A DNA stretch of 64,000 nt from Dehalococcoidia bacterium (GCA_040882565.1 JBBEAZ010000024.1:105662-169661); one strand, 5' to 3'. Shown: positions 27,168 to 37,275, counted from the stretch's first letter. Program-made: numbers and translations. The notes: generated from the letters alone by a model not told the origin.

Positions 27168-29467
27168 CGCGGCGCGGGGTACTCCCTCCGCTTGTTCTCG
27201 CCCTCGTGGCGGTAGTGCTTGTGGGCTGGCTGTCGTCCGCCCCGGGCGCTTCCGCGCATGCCATCCTCGTGAGGGCGGACCCGGCGATCAACGGCCAGCT
27301 CCAGTCGTCCCCGGCGATCGTGACCGGGTTCTTCAGCGAAACGGTCGATCAGCGGCTCTCAAACATGGAGGTCTTCGCCGGCACCGGGGAACGCGTCGAC
27401 AACGGCGAGCTGACGTTCGGCCCGGAGCGCGAACGGATGGCCGTCGGCGTCGACGACGAGCTCGGCCCCGGCTTCTACACGGTGGTCTGGGAGACGCTCT
27501 CCGGCGTCGACGGCCACCTGCTGAGGGGCTCTTTTCCCTTCACCATCCTCAACGCCGACGGCTCGCAACCCAGCGGCCCGCGTTTCACCGCCGAAGGCAC
27601 CGGTTCAACCCTCAAGCCGCAGAACGTTAGCGTGAAATGGACCCAGATTCTCTTCTCGACATTACTCGTCGGCAGCCTTGCCTTCGTCGCCCTCGTCGCG
27701 AACCCGGCAGCGTCCGTCTCAAGCGAACCGGCCCGCGCAGAAGCCCGCCTCGCCGCGCGCCGCCGCGCCCTCAACACGGCCTGGATAGCGGTCGGCGGCC
27801 TCGTCCTCGTCGCCGGGGGCGAGCTGTTTGTGCAGGCCGACCAACTGGGCGGCCTCAAGTACATTGACGACGTCCTCAGCAACAACTGGGGTGAGCGATT
27901 CATCCAGCGCCAGGCCGTGCTGGTTTGTATCGCCTCTGTGCTTGTGATGGTGCCCGCCTTTGCTCGCGGTAATCGCGAACGCCTCGCCGATTCCGCGACC
28001 TGGGTCGCCCTCGCCGGTGGCCTCGGTTACCTCCTGCTCATCGCGATGGTCGGCCACGCCAACGCTGTGCCCGGCTCCTTCTGGGCAGTTGCCGCCGACT
28101 TCCTCCACCTCGTGGCCACTGCCGTCTGGGTCGGCATGCTTGTCCAGCTCGGCCTCTTCCTCCTGTGGGTGCGACAGGAGCCGGACGCACGCTCCGACCT
28201 CCAGACCGCTCACCTCGAACGCTTCTCGCTGATCGCCGCCACGAGCGTCGTCGTTCTCCTCGCGACCGGCACCATTAACGCACTCGTCCAGGTACCGAGC
28301 TTCAACGCCCTGGTCGACACGGCATACGGGCGGGCGCTGCTCATCAAGCTCGGCGTCGTCACTACCGTTCTTGGCGTGGCCGGCGTCAACGCGTTCTATT
28401 TGCGCGAACGCACGATCGAGGAAGCCGAAGCTCCGGAGACTGGTTCAAGAGTCCGTCATTGGCTTCGGCGCGCCGTGTGGGCGGAGGCGGCTTTGGGCAT
28501 CGCAGTCATGCTCGCCGCCGCCATTCTCTTTCAGTACCCGACGTCGCGCCAGGCGGAGGACGCCGAACGGGCGGCCGAGGAGGCCTCGCGCACACAGGCG
28601 GTGGTGGGCTATGACGAGATTCAGCCCGCGGGTGACCTCACCGTCAACCTCACGATCTCTCCCAACGCGATCGGCAACAACTCCTTCCGAGTGTTCCTCT
28701 TCCCGCAGCAGGGTGGGGACATTGGCGACATCCTCCGCGTGCGCCTCCGCTTCGTGCCGCCGTCCGGGGACGCTGCCCCGTCGGAGATCGACATGGAGCC
28801 CGCCGAACTGACTGCGTACCGCGCGGTCGGCCCCTTCATCAGCGAGCCCGGCAGCTGGGTCGTCCACGTCGACATCCGCCGCAGCGGCGCCGACGACATC
28901 ACGGCCGATTTCCCTGTGGCGATTGACTCCCCGGGCGGCGGTGGTCAGTTCGATCTGCCTCTCGCCTCAGGAGGCTGGCTCACGGTCGGCGCCATTGGTC
29001 TGCTGGTCGCCGCGTTGCTCCTCGCTGCCTGGTCGCCACGGCTGCCGGAGCTTCCGGCGCCCGGCCCCCGGCTAATGCGGGTTGGCACCGCGGCGTTCAC
29101 GGTGATCGGCACCGGAGTGATCGCGATCAGCCTGCTGCCGGGGGAAGCCGAGACGATCGGCAACCCGATCGCCGCCGATCCACAGTCGATTGCGATGGGT
29201 CGCTCGTTATACACGGCGAACTGCCAGCAGTGCCACGGCCCGGACGGGCGCGGCGACGGGCCGGTGGCGCGTGACCTGGAGACGCCGCCCGCCGACTTCC
29301 GCATCCATCTCCCCTACCATAAGGACGAGTTCTTCTTCCACGTCATCAGCAACGGTCTGACCGTGATGCCCTCCTTCGGCGACCGGCTCACCGAGGATGA
29401 GATCTGGCACCTGATAAACTTCCTGCAATCGGAGTTTGGGATTGACGCTCAAGAGCCCGGCAGCTAG
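27164..29467 (+). CDS. copCD: CopC-CopD fusion with a C-terminal cytochrome c domain
   Basis: The N-terminus is CopC-like (HAILVRADPA ... YTVVWETLSGVDGH). A multi-TM CopD-like core follows. The C-terminus has CQQCHG (CxxCH) and a downstream Met, typical of a mono-haem cytochrome c domain. Confidence 0.85.
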   Translation: MTRRGVLPPLVLALVAVVLVGWLSSAPGASAHAILVRADPAINGQLQSSPAIVTGFFSETVDQRLSNMEVFAGTGERVDNGELTFGPERERMAVGVDDELGPGFYTVVWETLSGVDGHLLRGSFPFTILNADGSQPSGPRFTAEGTGSTLKPQNVSVKWTQILFSTLLVGSLAFVALVANPAASVSSEPARAEARLAARRRALNTAWIAVGGLVLVAGGELFVQADQLGGLKYIDDVLSNNWGERFIQRQAVLVCIASVLVMVPAFARGNRERLADSATWVALAGGLGYLLLIAMVGHANAVPGSFWAVAADFLHLVATAVWVGMLVQLGLFLLWVRQEPDARSDLQTAHLERFSLIAATSVVVLLATGTINALVQVPSFNALVDTAYGRALLIKLGVVTTVLGVAGVNAFYLRERTIEEAEAPETGSRVRHWLRRAVWAEAALGIAVMLAAAILFQYPTSRQAEDAERAAEEASRTQAVVGYDEIQPAGDLTVNLTISPNAIGNNSFRVFLFPQQGGDIGDILRVRLRFVPPSGDAAPSEIDMEPAELTAYRAVGPFISEPGSWVVHVDIRRSGADDITADFPVAIDSPGGGGQFDLPLASGGWLTVGAIGLLVAALLLAAWSPRLPELPAPGPRLMRVGTAAFTVIGTGVIAISLLPGEAETIGNPIAADPQSIAMGRSLYTANCQQCHGPDGRGDGPVARDLETPPADFRIHLPYHKDEFFFHVISNGLTVMPSFGDRLTEDEIWHLINFLQSEFGIDAQEPGS

Positions 29468-29966
29468 CACCTTTTTCTCCCGCCGCCGGCGTGCGCAGGC
29501 GGCGCGCCAGGACGCCCTTCCGGACTGGGTCTGGGGCGCCGGCCTGGGCGTTCTCGTCCTGATCTTCGTCGGCGCTTTCTTCTTGGTTCGCCAGGTCAGC
29601 GGCGGTGGTGGTGACGATACCTGCGACAAGGCGCTCGTTCCCCTCGGCCAGAGCGAGATCAGTGCCGACGCGTTCGTCACTGAGGAAGCAGCGCTTACCC
29701 GCGTCATCGACTTCCTGAACGGAGGCGATCGCCAGGCGGCGGAGGCCGCTTTCTTCGGCCCCGCTCACAACTTCACCCACAATGTCGACCCGGAAGTCCG
29801 TGAGAAGGACGAGAGCCTCGCCAGAGACCTCTGCCACGCCGTCGTTACCCTCGAGGACGACCTCGCGACCAACGGTTCGAACCAGGCAATCGCCGCAGAG
29901 GTGGACCGAGTGCGCCTACTGTTGCGTGACATCGCGGAGACCCTCGGCTACCCTCGACCCGGATAG
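29436..29966 (+). CDS. membrane-anchored protein with one 'AHNxTH' domain (paralog of the 26199-27167 repeats)
   Basis: A TM helix is followed by FFGPAHNFTHNVDPEVREKDESLARDLCHAVVTLEDD. The start codon is uncertain because the gene overlaps the copCD 3' end. Confidence 0.55.
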   Translation: MGLTLKSPAASTFFSRRRRAQAARQDALPDWVWGAGLGVLVLIFVGAFFLVRQVSGGGGDDTCDKALVPLGQSEISADAFVTEEAALTRVIDFLNGGDRQAAEAAFFGPAHNFTHNVDPEVREKDESLARDLCHAVVTLEDDLATNGSNQAIAAEVDRVRLLLRDIAETLGYPRPG

Positions 29967-29976
29967 GAGCAGACTA

Positions 29977-30765
29977 GTGGGACAACTTGACGGCAGAGTC
30001 GCGATCGTGACAGGCGCCAGCCGCGGCATTGGCAAGGAGATCGCCGTGCTCTTCGCCGGCGAAGGCGCGAAGGTCATCGCCGCCGCGCGTACGGAGCACG
30101 AAGGCGACCACCAGCTCCCCGGTGGCATCCACGTGACAGTCGACGAGATCCGTCGTAATGGCGGCGAGGCGACCGCTGTCCGCGCCGACGTCTCAGACCC
30201 CAAGGAGATCGAGCGTCTCGTCGCTACGACGCGCGACACCTATGGACCGGTTAGCGTGCTTGTGAACAATGCTGCCCTGACCTACTACCTGCCGATAAAG
30301 GACTTCCCGCTCCGGCGCTTTCAGAAGATGATCGACGTCGACCTCACCGGGCCCTTCCTCCTCGCCCAGGCGGTAGTTCCCGACATGCTGAACGCCGGCC
30401 ACGGGCACATCATCAATATCTCTTCGCGCGCCGCCTTTCACCCCGAAGGGCCGCCATACGAACTGCCACCGCGCGGCGGCACCGTTTACGGCCTGGTCAA
30501 GGCCGGCATCGAGCGTTTCAGCAGCGGCCTCGCGCACGAGCTGTACGATTCCGGGATCGCCGTCAACTCCCTCGCCCCGACGGGCATCGTCGCCTCACCC
30601 GGCGTCCTCTTCCACAAGCTCATCCAGAGCGGAGACGACCCGCGCGCCGAGCCGATTGAGTACATGGCAAGCGCCGCCCTCATCCTTGCCACCTGTGACG
30701 CGAAGACGCTAACGGGGCGCATCACCTTCAGCCAGCCGCTCCTCAAAGAACACGGCCTTCTGTAG
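29977..30765 (+). CDS. SDR family short-chain dehydrogenase/reductase
   Basis: GTG start after GGAG. TGASRGIG Rossmann motif and NNAA..Y...K catalytic region. Confidence 0.85.
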   Translation: MGQLDGRVAIVTGASRGIGKEIAVLFAGEGAKVIAAARTEHEGDHQLPGGIHVTVDEIRRNGGEATAVRADVSDPKEIERLVATTRDTYGPVSVLVNNAALTYYLPIKDFPLRRFQKMIDVDLTGPFLLAQAVVPDMLNAGHGHIINISSRAAFHPEGPPYELPPRGGTVYGLVKAGIERFSSGLAHELYDSGIAVNSLAPTGIVASPGVLFHKLIQSGDDPRAEPIEYMASAALILATCDAKTLTGRITFSQPLLKEHGLL

Positions 30766-30767
30766 CG

Positions 30768-31190
30768 TCAGCCTGACGGCTCAGCGCCCTCGTTCCCGAC
30801 GATCCGCCCCTCAGCGTCGGTCACCAGCCGTCCCTTGCTCATGTCCAGCATCACCAGGACGTTGGCGAACGGGTCCATCACCACGGCGCACAGCCCAATC
30901 TGAATCTCGAACGGCCCCCTGATCAGACGACCGCCGGCGACGACAAAGCGCTCCACAGCCTCACCTACCGACTCCACCAGCAGGTCCGTCTCAGCTTCCG
31001 GACGCTCTGTTTGCAACACCAACTCGCTGTCGCCGCCCGGCATCCGTAGTCCGGCTGCCGTCTCGGAACGCCAGACGAGTTCGTGCCCCAGTGCGTCGCG
31101 GTAGAAACGGAGCGCCGCGTCGAGGTCATTTACAGACAACTGGTAGCAGTCGACCTTAACGAACAGTGGATATTTCGGCGCCTCACTCAT
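30768..31190 (-). CDS. VOC family (glyoxalase/bleomycin-resistance fold) protein
   Basis: 140 aa with the beta-alpha-beta-beta-beta pattern and a conserved HELVW. Confidence 0.75.
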   Translation of the reverse strand: MSEAPKYPLFVKVDCYQLSVNDLDAALRFYRDALGHELVWRSETAAGLRMPGGDSELVLQTERPEAETDLLVESVGEAVERFVVAGGRLIRGPFEIQIGLCAVVMDPFANVLVMLDMSKGRLVTDAEGRIVGNEGAEPSG

Positions 31191-31302
31191 CGCCGCATCA
31201 GTATACGGCGCGTCTTAACCATCCCTCTCTCCTCATAGGGCAACACACGCGTTGCCCTGCCGTCATCCGTTATGGAAAGCGCTCAAGAAGGAGACCCGCC
31301 CC

Positions 31303-32271
31303 ATGAAAGTACCAGGAAAGCTGATCGTTGCCGCCTGCGCAGCGACCGCCGCCATCTTCGCCGTAGTGATCGCCGCCGGCCCCGCTGCTGATACTACATC
31401 GGCGACGACGATCCTCGATTCGGAGGAACAGATCTTCGTTACGCTGATCAACGACTATCGCGCGCAGAACGGCAAAGGCCCGCTACTCGTCGATGCCAAT
31501 ATCACGGAAGCCGCCCGGTGGATGGACGCCGACATGGGCGCCTACAACTACTTCAGCCACACCGACCACCTTGGACAAAGCCCCTGGACCCGCATGTGCA
31601 ACTTTGGCTACTGCTGGTCTACGCCCAAGGGCGAGAACATCGCCGCCGGCTATACGACTGGCCTCAGCGTCTTCAATGCCTGGAAGGCGTCTTCCGGCCA
31701 CAACGCCAATATGCTCAACGGCAATTTCAAGGTGATGGGCATCGACCGCACCTACACGGCCGGCAGCACCTACGGCTGGTACTGGACGAACGACTTCGGC
31801 GGCTACATCCCGCCCGCCGGTCCGACCAACACGCCGGCGCCGAGTAACACGCAGGCCCCCACGGCCACACCAACGCCATCGGCGGCGCCTACAGCCACTC
31901 CGGCCCCGACTGCCACTCCGGCCCCGACTGCCACTCCGGTGCCGACTGCCAGCCCTACGCCGACACCGCCACCCGGCTGCACGAATGACACCGACTGCGA
32001 TGGCTTCCTGAACAGTGTCGAGGCCGTGATGGGCACGGACCCCGTCAAGCGCTGTCCGACGACCGTCCTGGCCAATGATGAGAACCCTGACTCCTGGCCG
32101 CCGGACTTCGACGACAACCGCATGGTGAACATCTCGGACGTGCTCAGCTACAAGCCGGTGTTCGGGACCGGTGGGTACAGCGGGCGCTATGACCTGAACG
32201 GCGACGCGCTCATCAACATCATGGACGTCAACACGATCAGGTTCATCTTCGGGTCCACCTGCACGCCGTAA
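31303..32271 (+). CDS. secreted CAP/SCP/PR-1-like domain protein with Pro/Thr linker and C-terminal dockerin-like module
   Basis: ATG 31303 after AAGGAGA. Signal peptide. The CAP region has HTDHLGQ .. GENIAAGY .. GHNANML. The linker is APTATPAPTATPAPTATPVPT. The C-terminus has paired DxNxDxxxN-like loops (DTDCDGFLNSVE, DLNGDALINIMDVNTIRFIFG). Confidence 0.8.
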   Translation: MKVPGKLIVAACAATAAIFAVVIAAGPAADTTSATTILDSEEQIFVTLINDYRAQNGKGPLLVDANITEAARWMDADMGAYNYFSHTDHLGQSPWTRMCNFGYCWSTPKGENIAAGYTTGLSVFNAWKASSGHNANMLNGNFKVMGIDRTYTAGSTYGWYWTNDFGGYIPPAGPTNTPAPSNTQAPTATPTPSAAPTATPAPTATPAPTATPVPTASPTPTPPPGCTNDTDCDGFLNSVEAVMGTDPVKRCPTTVLANDENPDSWPPDFDDNRMVNISDVLSYKPVFGTGGYSGRYDLNGDALINIMDVNTIRFIFGSTCTP

Positions 32272-32348
32272 GCGAAACAGGGACCGTCGATTTGACGGTC
32301 CCTGTGTAAGAGCAATTCCGAAGGCCGGGCGCAGCGCCCGGCTTTCCC

Positions 32349-33503
32349 CTAGTCGAGGCGTTCGATGATCGTGGCTGTGCCGAGGCCGCCGCCGCAGCAC
32401 ATCAGCTGCATGCCGTAGCGGCCGCCGGCGCGCTCAAGCTCATGGAGCATCGTCGTCATCAGGCGGGCGCCGGTGGCACCGAGCGGGTGGCCGAGGGCGA
32501 TCGCCCCGCCGTTGACGTTGACCTTCGACATGTCGGGCGAGCACTCGCGCTTCCAGGCCAGGATGACGGAGGCGAAGGCTTCGTTGATCTCGATCAGGTC
32601 GATGTCCTTCATCTCGAGGCCGGCGTGCTTCAGCACCTTCGGCGTCGCCGTGATCGGCCCGGTCAGCATCAGGACCGGGTCGGAGCCGACGACTGCCTGC
32701 CCGACGATGCGTGCCCGCGGCTTCTTGCCGAGCTCTTCGGCCTTCTCGCGAGACATCAGCAGCACGGCCGATGAGCCGTCGGTGATCTGCGATGAGTTGC
32801 CGGCGTGGTGGATGCCGTTCGGACGGAAGGACGGCTGGAGGCTGGCGAGCTTCTCCAGCGAGGTGTCGCGGATGCCCTCGTCGGTCTTGACCGTGTGGTC
32901 GAGGCCTTCGAGCTTGACGTCGATCTGGAGCATCTCGCGGTCGAAGCGGCCCTCGTCACGCGCCGTCTTGGCCTTCTCATAGCTGCCGAGCGCCCACTCG
33001 TCGGCTTCCTGGCGGTCGATGCCCCACTTCACGGCGATCTCCTCGGCGGAGATGCCCTGCGGGGTGAGCGGGTACTTGTCCATCAACGCCGGGGTGAACG
33101 GCGCGCCGGGGCCCTGCATCATGTTGACGCCAAGCGGCACGCGTGACATCGACTCGACGCCGCCGCCGATCGTTATGTCGCAAACGCCGGAGGAAATGAG
33201 GTTGGCTGCGAAGTGGATCGCCTGCTGGCCGCTGCCGCACTGGCGGTCGACGCTCGTCGCCGGCACGGTGTACGGGAAGTCGGCGGTCAGCAGGACATTG
33301 CGCGCCACGTTCGCCGCCTGCTCGCCGACCTGGTCGACGCAGCCGAAGACGACGTCTTCGACCATCCCGGCCTCGATCCCGGAGCGCTTCACCAGCTCGT
33401 TGAGCACCTTCGCGCCCAGCTCGTTCGGGTGAATCCCGGAAAGCACGCCGCCGCGCCGTCCCATCGGCGTCCGTACCGCTTCAACAATTACAACTTCTCG
33501 CAT
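32349..33503 (-). CDS. acetyl-CoA C-acetyltransferase (thiolase II)
   Basis: Start ATG 33503 after AAGGAGG. MREVVIVEAVRTPMGR and the active-site regions CGSGQQAI and GGGLG. Confidence 0.9.
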   Translation of the reverse strand: MREVVIVEAVRTPMGRRGGVLSGIHPNELGAKVLNELVKRSGIEAGMVEDVVFGCVDQVGEQAANVARNVLLTADFPYTVPATSVDRQCGSGQQAIHFAANLISSGVCDITIGGGVESMSRVPLGVNMMQGPGAPFTPALMDKYPLTPQGISAEEIAVKWGIDRQEADEWALGSYEKAKTARDEGRFDREMLQIDVKLEGLDHTVKTDEGIRDTSLEKLASLQPSFRPNGIHHAGNSSQITDGSSAVLLMSREKAEELGKKPRARIVGQAVVGSDPVLMLTGPITATPKVLKHAGLEMKDIDLIEINEAFASVILAWKRECSPDMSKVNVNGGAIALGHPLGATGARLMTTMLHELERAGGRYGMQLMCCGGGLGTATIIERLD

Positions 33504-33762
33504 GGAAAGCATCCTCCTTCTCGGTTCGGCTCAATTCTAGCAGACGCTTGGCTACGCCAATAATCAAGGCATCGTGCAAACAAGGGCCGGGCTCCTGCTG
33601 TCTGCACGGCTGGGCGCTTGCTTGTTCGGGAGCCCGGGACCACCGGAACGCTAACGCGCTTCAGGCGACAGAGAAGTGGGCGCGATTGGGCGGCCCCCGC
33701 GTGGGACCACTGCGCTGGCGCCAGGGCTGCGAAATGTAGCGCATATTGTAGCTCGAGCGAGC

Positions 33763-33797
<35 letters not shown>

Positions 33798-33854
33798 GCG
33801 ACTATGAACGACCTTGACACTGACGCGTAGTATATGAGCGTCAGGGGGAACACG

Positions 33855-34565
33855 ATGCGCCGGAACGCTGGTTTCCGCAGCTCTTCACGGATGGGCCTTG
33901 CGCTTGGCTTCCTCGCAATCTACGCGGCAGCGGTATTCGTCGCGTGCAACGAGGGTGAGGAGGAGGTGCCCCAGCAGCCGCCTCCGGAAGCGTCAGGTAC
34001 TCGACCATCGCCTCCGCCGGAGGACGACCTTACACAACCGCCCCCGGGAGAACCACCGCCCCTCTGCCCGAGCCCGGACGCTGCAGCCGCGGCGAGGCCC
34101 CCGGGACAGACCTTCGAGCTCCCGGGAGGCACCACTATTCCCATCCCAACGGGCGCCTCGACAGATTCATATACTCTCAATTCAACCACGTTCTACCGCG
34201 TCTCGCTGGGGCTCTCCCTCCTTGCCTTCGACGCGCAAGGTGTGATGAGCGCCATCGGAGTTCACACCGAGCACTGCGAGGTGTTCGAGCCCACGTTCGC
34301 GGCCTTGGCTGCCCTGCGGGCGCAGATCCCGCCACCTCCGCTTGTGGTTGAGGGCGTGAGCATCCCAATACCGCCCGGCGGTCACTATTCAGGGCCCCCG
34401 ATTGGAGCGGGCGTGCCTCGCAGTTATGGGATTTATCGCGGCGACTCGTTTGTTCGGTTCAGTACAGCCGGAGTCATCCAGAGCGACATTTCTCAGGCGG
34501 ACTCTGCAGATTTCCAGCCAGTCCTCGAAGCCATCGAGCGACTTGCCGCAAGAGAATCCCAATGA
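33855..34565 (+). CDS. Pro-rich lipoprotein, hypothetical
   Basis: ATG 33855 after AGGGGG. Lipobox FVAC. PPPEASGTRPSPPPEDD Pro-rich segment. Confidence 0.6.
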   Translation: MRRNAGFRSSSRMGLALGFLAIYAAAVFVACNEGEEEVPQQPPPEASGTRPSPPPEDDLTQPPPGEPPPLCPSPDAAAAARPPGQTFELPGGTTIPIPTGASTDSYTLNSTTFYRVSLGLSLLAFDAQGVMSAIGVHTEHCEVFEPTFAALAALRAQIPPPPLVVEGVSIPIPPGGHYSGPPIGAGVPRSYGIYRGDSFVRFSTAGVIQSDISQADSADFQPVLEAIERLAARESQ

Positions 34566-34705
34566 GAGTTGCACGTTACCTGGCCGTGGTACTCGCCCTT
34601 AAAGCGCAGTCCATCATGTAGAGGAGTTGCTCGATAACGGATCTGCCCCGTAACCACGATCGATTCTAGCGCAGGTGGCCTCAGGGCACAGAGGCTAGAC
34701 GCGGT

Positions 34706-35533
34706 TCAATCTCCAGACGGCGCCCCCGGGCTTCCGGCGAAGTCGATGAACGCCACCGGCACGCCGCAGGCGCCCGATTGGTGCACCGAGACGATCCGCC
34801 CGCCTTGCAGCGCCGGGTGCGGCTCGCCCACCGGGTAGCCCTTCGCTTTCAGGTCAGCCGTCAGCTCGTCGATGCCCGTCACTTCGAATGCCAGCCCTGC
34901 GATGTTCCCCGGCCGGGGCTCGGCTGGCGCTTGGGTCGGCCCGATGACCTCGATCACCACATCCCCCGGGCGCATGAAGGCGAAGGTGGATTCGCCGCGC
35001 TCGAACGTGCGCTTGGTCCCGACGGCGAACCACGCCGCCATTCGCTCGCACACCGTCTTCGGGCTCGGCGCCCGCAGCACGACGTGGTCGATACGCGAGA
35101 TCGGGCCGGGGGTCGGGTTGGCGCCGGCGAAGGCGGCTTCCGGCTGCACGACCTCGATCTGCACGCCGTCGAACGCTTCGGGCGCGAGGTAGCACAGCCG
35201 GCCCGTGAAGCCCTCCCGTGGTTCAGCATCGGTGAGCGGCACACCCAGTCTGCTCAAGGTCGCCACGTCGCCTTCGATATCGTCGCTCCACAGGGCCACG
35301 TGGTGCAGGCCTTCGCCACGCTCTTCGATGAACGACGTGAACGGCGACGACGCCTCGACCGGCTGGATCACCTCAAGGTAGCCGCGTCCGGCGGCCAGCA
35401 TCGCCACGCGGACGCCGCGCGCCCGCATCTCGCCTTCCTTCACGCAGGGCAGCGAAAGGGCGTCGCGGTAGAAGGCGAGCGCCGCGTCGAGGTCGCGCAC
35501 GGCGATGCCGATGTGGTGCACGTCGCTGATCAT
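34706..35533 (-). CDS. tandem VOC-domain protein (methylmalonyl-CoA epimerase / glyoxalase-like)
   Basis: Two VOC modules (HHIGIAVRDLD.., HVVLRAP..). 275 aa. Confidence 0.75.
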   Translation of the reverse strand: MISDVHHIGIAVRDLDAALAFYRDALSLPCVKEGEMRARGVRVAMLAAGRGYLEVIQPVEASSPFTSFIEERGEGLHHVALWSDDIEGDVATLSRLGVPLTDAEPREGFTGRLCYLAPEAFDGVQIEVVQPEAAFAGANPTPGPISRIDHVVLRAPSPKTVCERMAAWFAVGTKRTFERGESTFAFMRPGDVVIEVIGPTQAPAEPRPGNIAGLAFEVTGIDELTADLKAKGYPVGEPHPALQGGRIVSVHQSGACGVPVAFIDFAGSPGAPSGD

Positions 35534-35600
35534 GGCCGCGATTGTACACGGTAAGGCCGCGGAGGCCGCTGGACCGCACCGGCGCGTGTATCATCATCCC

Positions 35601-35852
35601 ATGACTGAATACCCGAAGCTGCCCTCAGCCGAACCGGCAGACTATGAACACGCGCTCGAGGGTATCGCCTTCCCCGCCGCTAAGGACGGTATCGTCCGCC
35701 ACGCGGCGGATATCGGCGGCCTCGACAGCGAAGTCGGCGACATCCTGCACCGGCTACCGCGCGAGGGCTATGAGACCCGTGAGGAACTGATCGCCGGCAT
35801 CCGGGCGATCTACCTGGCGGACGGCTTCCCGCCCGATTCCTTGCCAGTCTGA
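35601..35852 (+). CDS. DUF2795-like small protein
   Basis: MTEYPKLPS..YEHALEGIAFPAAKDGIVRHAA ... ILHRLP matches the remembered DUF2795 pattern. Confidence 0.55.
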   Translation: MTEYPKLPSAEPADYEHALEGIAFPAAKDGIVRHAADIGGLDSEVGDILHRLPREGYETREELIAGIRAIYLADGFPPDSLPV

Positions 35853-36082
35853 GCCCGCCGCGAGCGGCCGAAGTACGGCGTGCCGCAGTGGCGGCAGAAC
35901 CGCGCCGCCAGCAACTCCGACGAATCATCCGGCATCGGCTCTTTGCATTTAGCGCAGTGCCAGACCATCGGGTTGCCACACTCCGCGCAGAAGTCATAGG
36001 GCTCCTCTGGCCGCGTGGGGTAGCCGTATGATCCGGGGTGATCGTTCTTGCACTTGCCTACCCCTCGCTCGCCTTCAGCCAT
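35810..36082 (-). CDS. small Cys-rich zinc-ribbon protein
   Basis: CAECGNPMVWHCAKC ... CRHCG, i.e. three CxxC pairs. The start was set at Met 36082. Confidence 0.5.
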   Translation of the reverse strand: MAEGERGVGKCKNDHPGSYGYPTRPEEPYDFCAECGNPMVWHCAKCKEPMPDDSSELLAARFCRHCGTPYFGRSRRAQTGKESGGKPSAR

Positions 36083-37136
36083 TCTTAGCCTCCTCGGTGT
36101 CGGGGGCAGTTCGCTCGTCCAGCGCAGTCGACATGGCCGGCGTACCACTCCGCTTCTCAAGATAGTAGTCCAAACCGACGCGGGCGACGGCTGCTGCGGG
36201 CAGCGCCAGCAAGACGCCAACGATGCCGGCCAATGCGCCGCCGATCATCACCGCCACCAGCACGATCACGGGCGGCAGGTTGAGGGTGTGGCCGTACACG
36301 CGCGGCGCAAGTATCCGGTCCTCGAACTGCTGATACACAAGTAGCGCCACGATGACGCCGAGTCCCTGTGCCGGGGACTCCTGGAACGCGGCGATCGCCG
36401 GCATCACCACGGCAATCACTGCGCCAACGATCGGGATGATGTCCACGAACCCGGCGAGGATGGCGAAGGCGATCGCGTTCGGCACCCCGGCGATCGACAA
36501 CACGACGAAGGTGACGACGGTGATGGACGCCGTCGTGATCACCTGGCCGCGGATGTAGCCACCGACCACTCGCCGCAGAGCGAAGAGCCAGCGCTCCAAC
36601 TCCGGCTCGTAGCCCGGCTTCACAAACTGGTAGAGGAACCGGTTCATCCGTGGCGTATCCAACAGCAAGTAGGCTGTCAGAAAGAAGATCGTGAACACCG
36701 CGAGGCCGAAGGATAGCGCCCGCTGCCCGTAGTCGATCGCGGTGTCGCCGGAGACCACCCGATCCCAGTTGATGTCGCGCGCCCGGTCCTCCAGCTCAAC
36801 GTTTATGCCGACATCGGCGAGGAAGTCCTCCATCTCGCGCGCGTCTTCAGGAAGGTTGTCCTTGAGGTCTGCGATCTCGTCGATCGTGGCCGGCACGACC
36901 AGCGCCGCGAGCGCTCCCAGCACCAGCAGGATCGCCAGCATGATCATCACGACCGCGGCCGTACGCGGAACGCGGTGCGCCGTGAGCCACTCGACGTAGG
37001 GCAGGAGCGCCGCCATGAAGATGAACGAGGTGACGACGATGACGATGATCGGCCACAGGCTGAGCAGCGCCCAGGCGGCGAGCAGGGCGACGATGATCAG
37101 GACGATGCCGCGGTACGAGACTTCGAGTCGCAGCAC
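36075..37136 (-). CDS. AI-2E family transporter (PerM/YhhT-like)
   Basis: 353 aa with eight predicted TM helices and a central soluble loop. Confidence 0.85.
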   Translation of the reverse strand: MLRLEVSYRGIVLIIVALLAAWALLSLWPIIVIVVTSFIFMAALLPYVEWLTAHRVPRTAAVVMIMLAILLVLGALAALVVPATIDEIADLKDNLPEDAREMEDFLADVGINVELEDRARDINWDRVVSGDTAIDYGQRALSFGLAVFTIFFLTAYLLLDTPRMNRFLYQFVKPGYEPELERWLFALRRVVGGYIRGQVITTASITVVTFVVLSIAGVPNAIAFAILAGFVDIIPIVGAVIAVVMPAIAAFQESPAQGLGVIVALLVYQQFEDRILAPRVYGHTLNLPPVIVLVAVMIGGALAGIVGVLLALPAAAVARVGLDYYLEKRSGTPAMSTALDERTAPDTEEAKNG

Positions 37137-37275
37137 CGCTTATCGACCTCGGGAGTTTATGAGGGGCGGGCAGGCCTGATCTGATGGGCGAATAATCACT
37201 GACTCGCAGTTTTACGCGCGGATACTTCATACGAGCATAGCGCAGCCTGTCTTCGGTATACCAATTTTATCGCAG

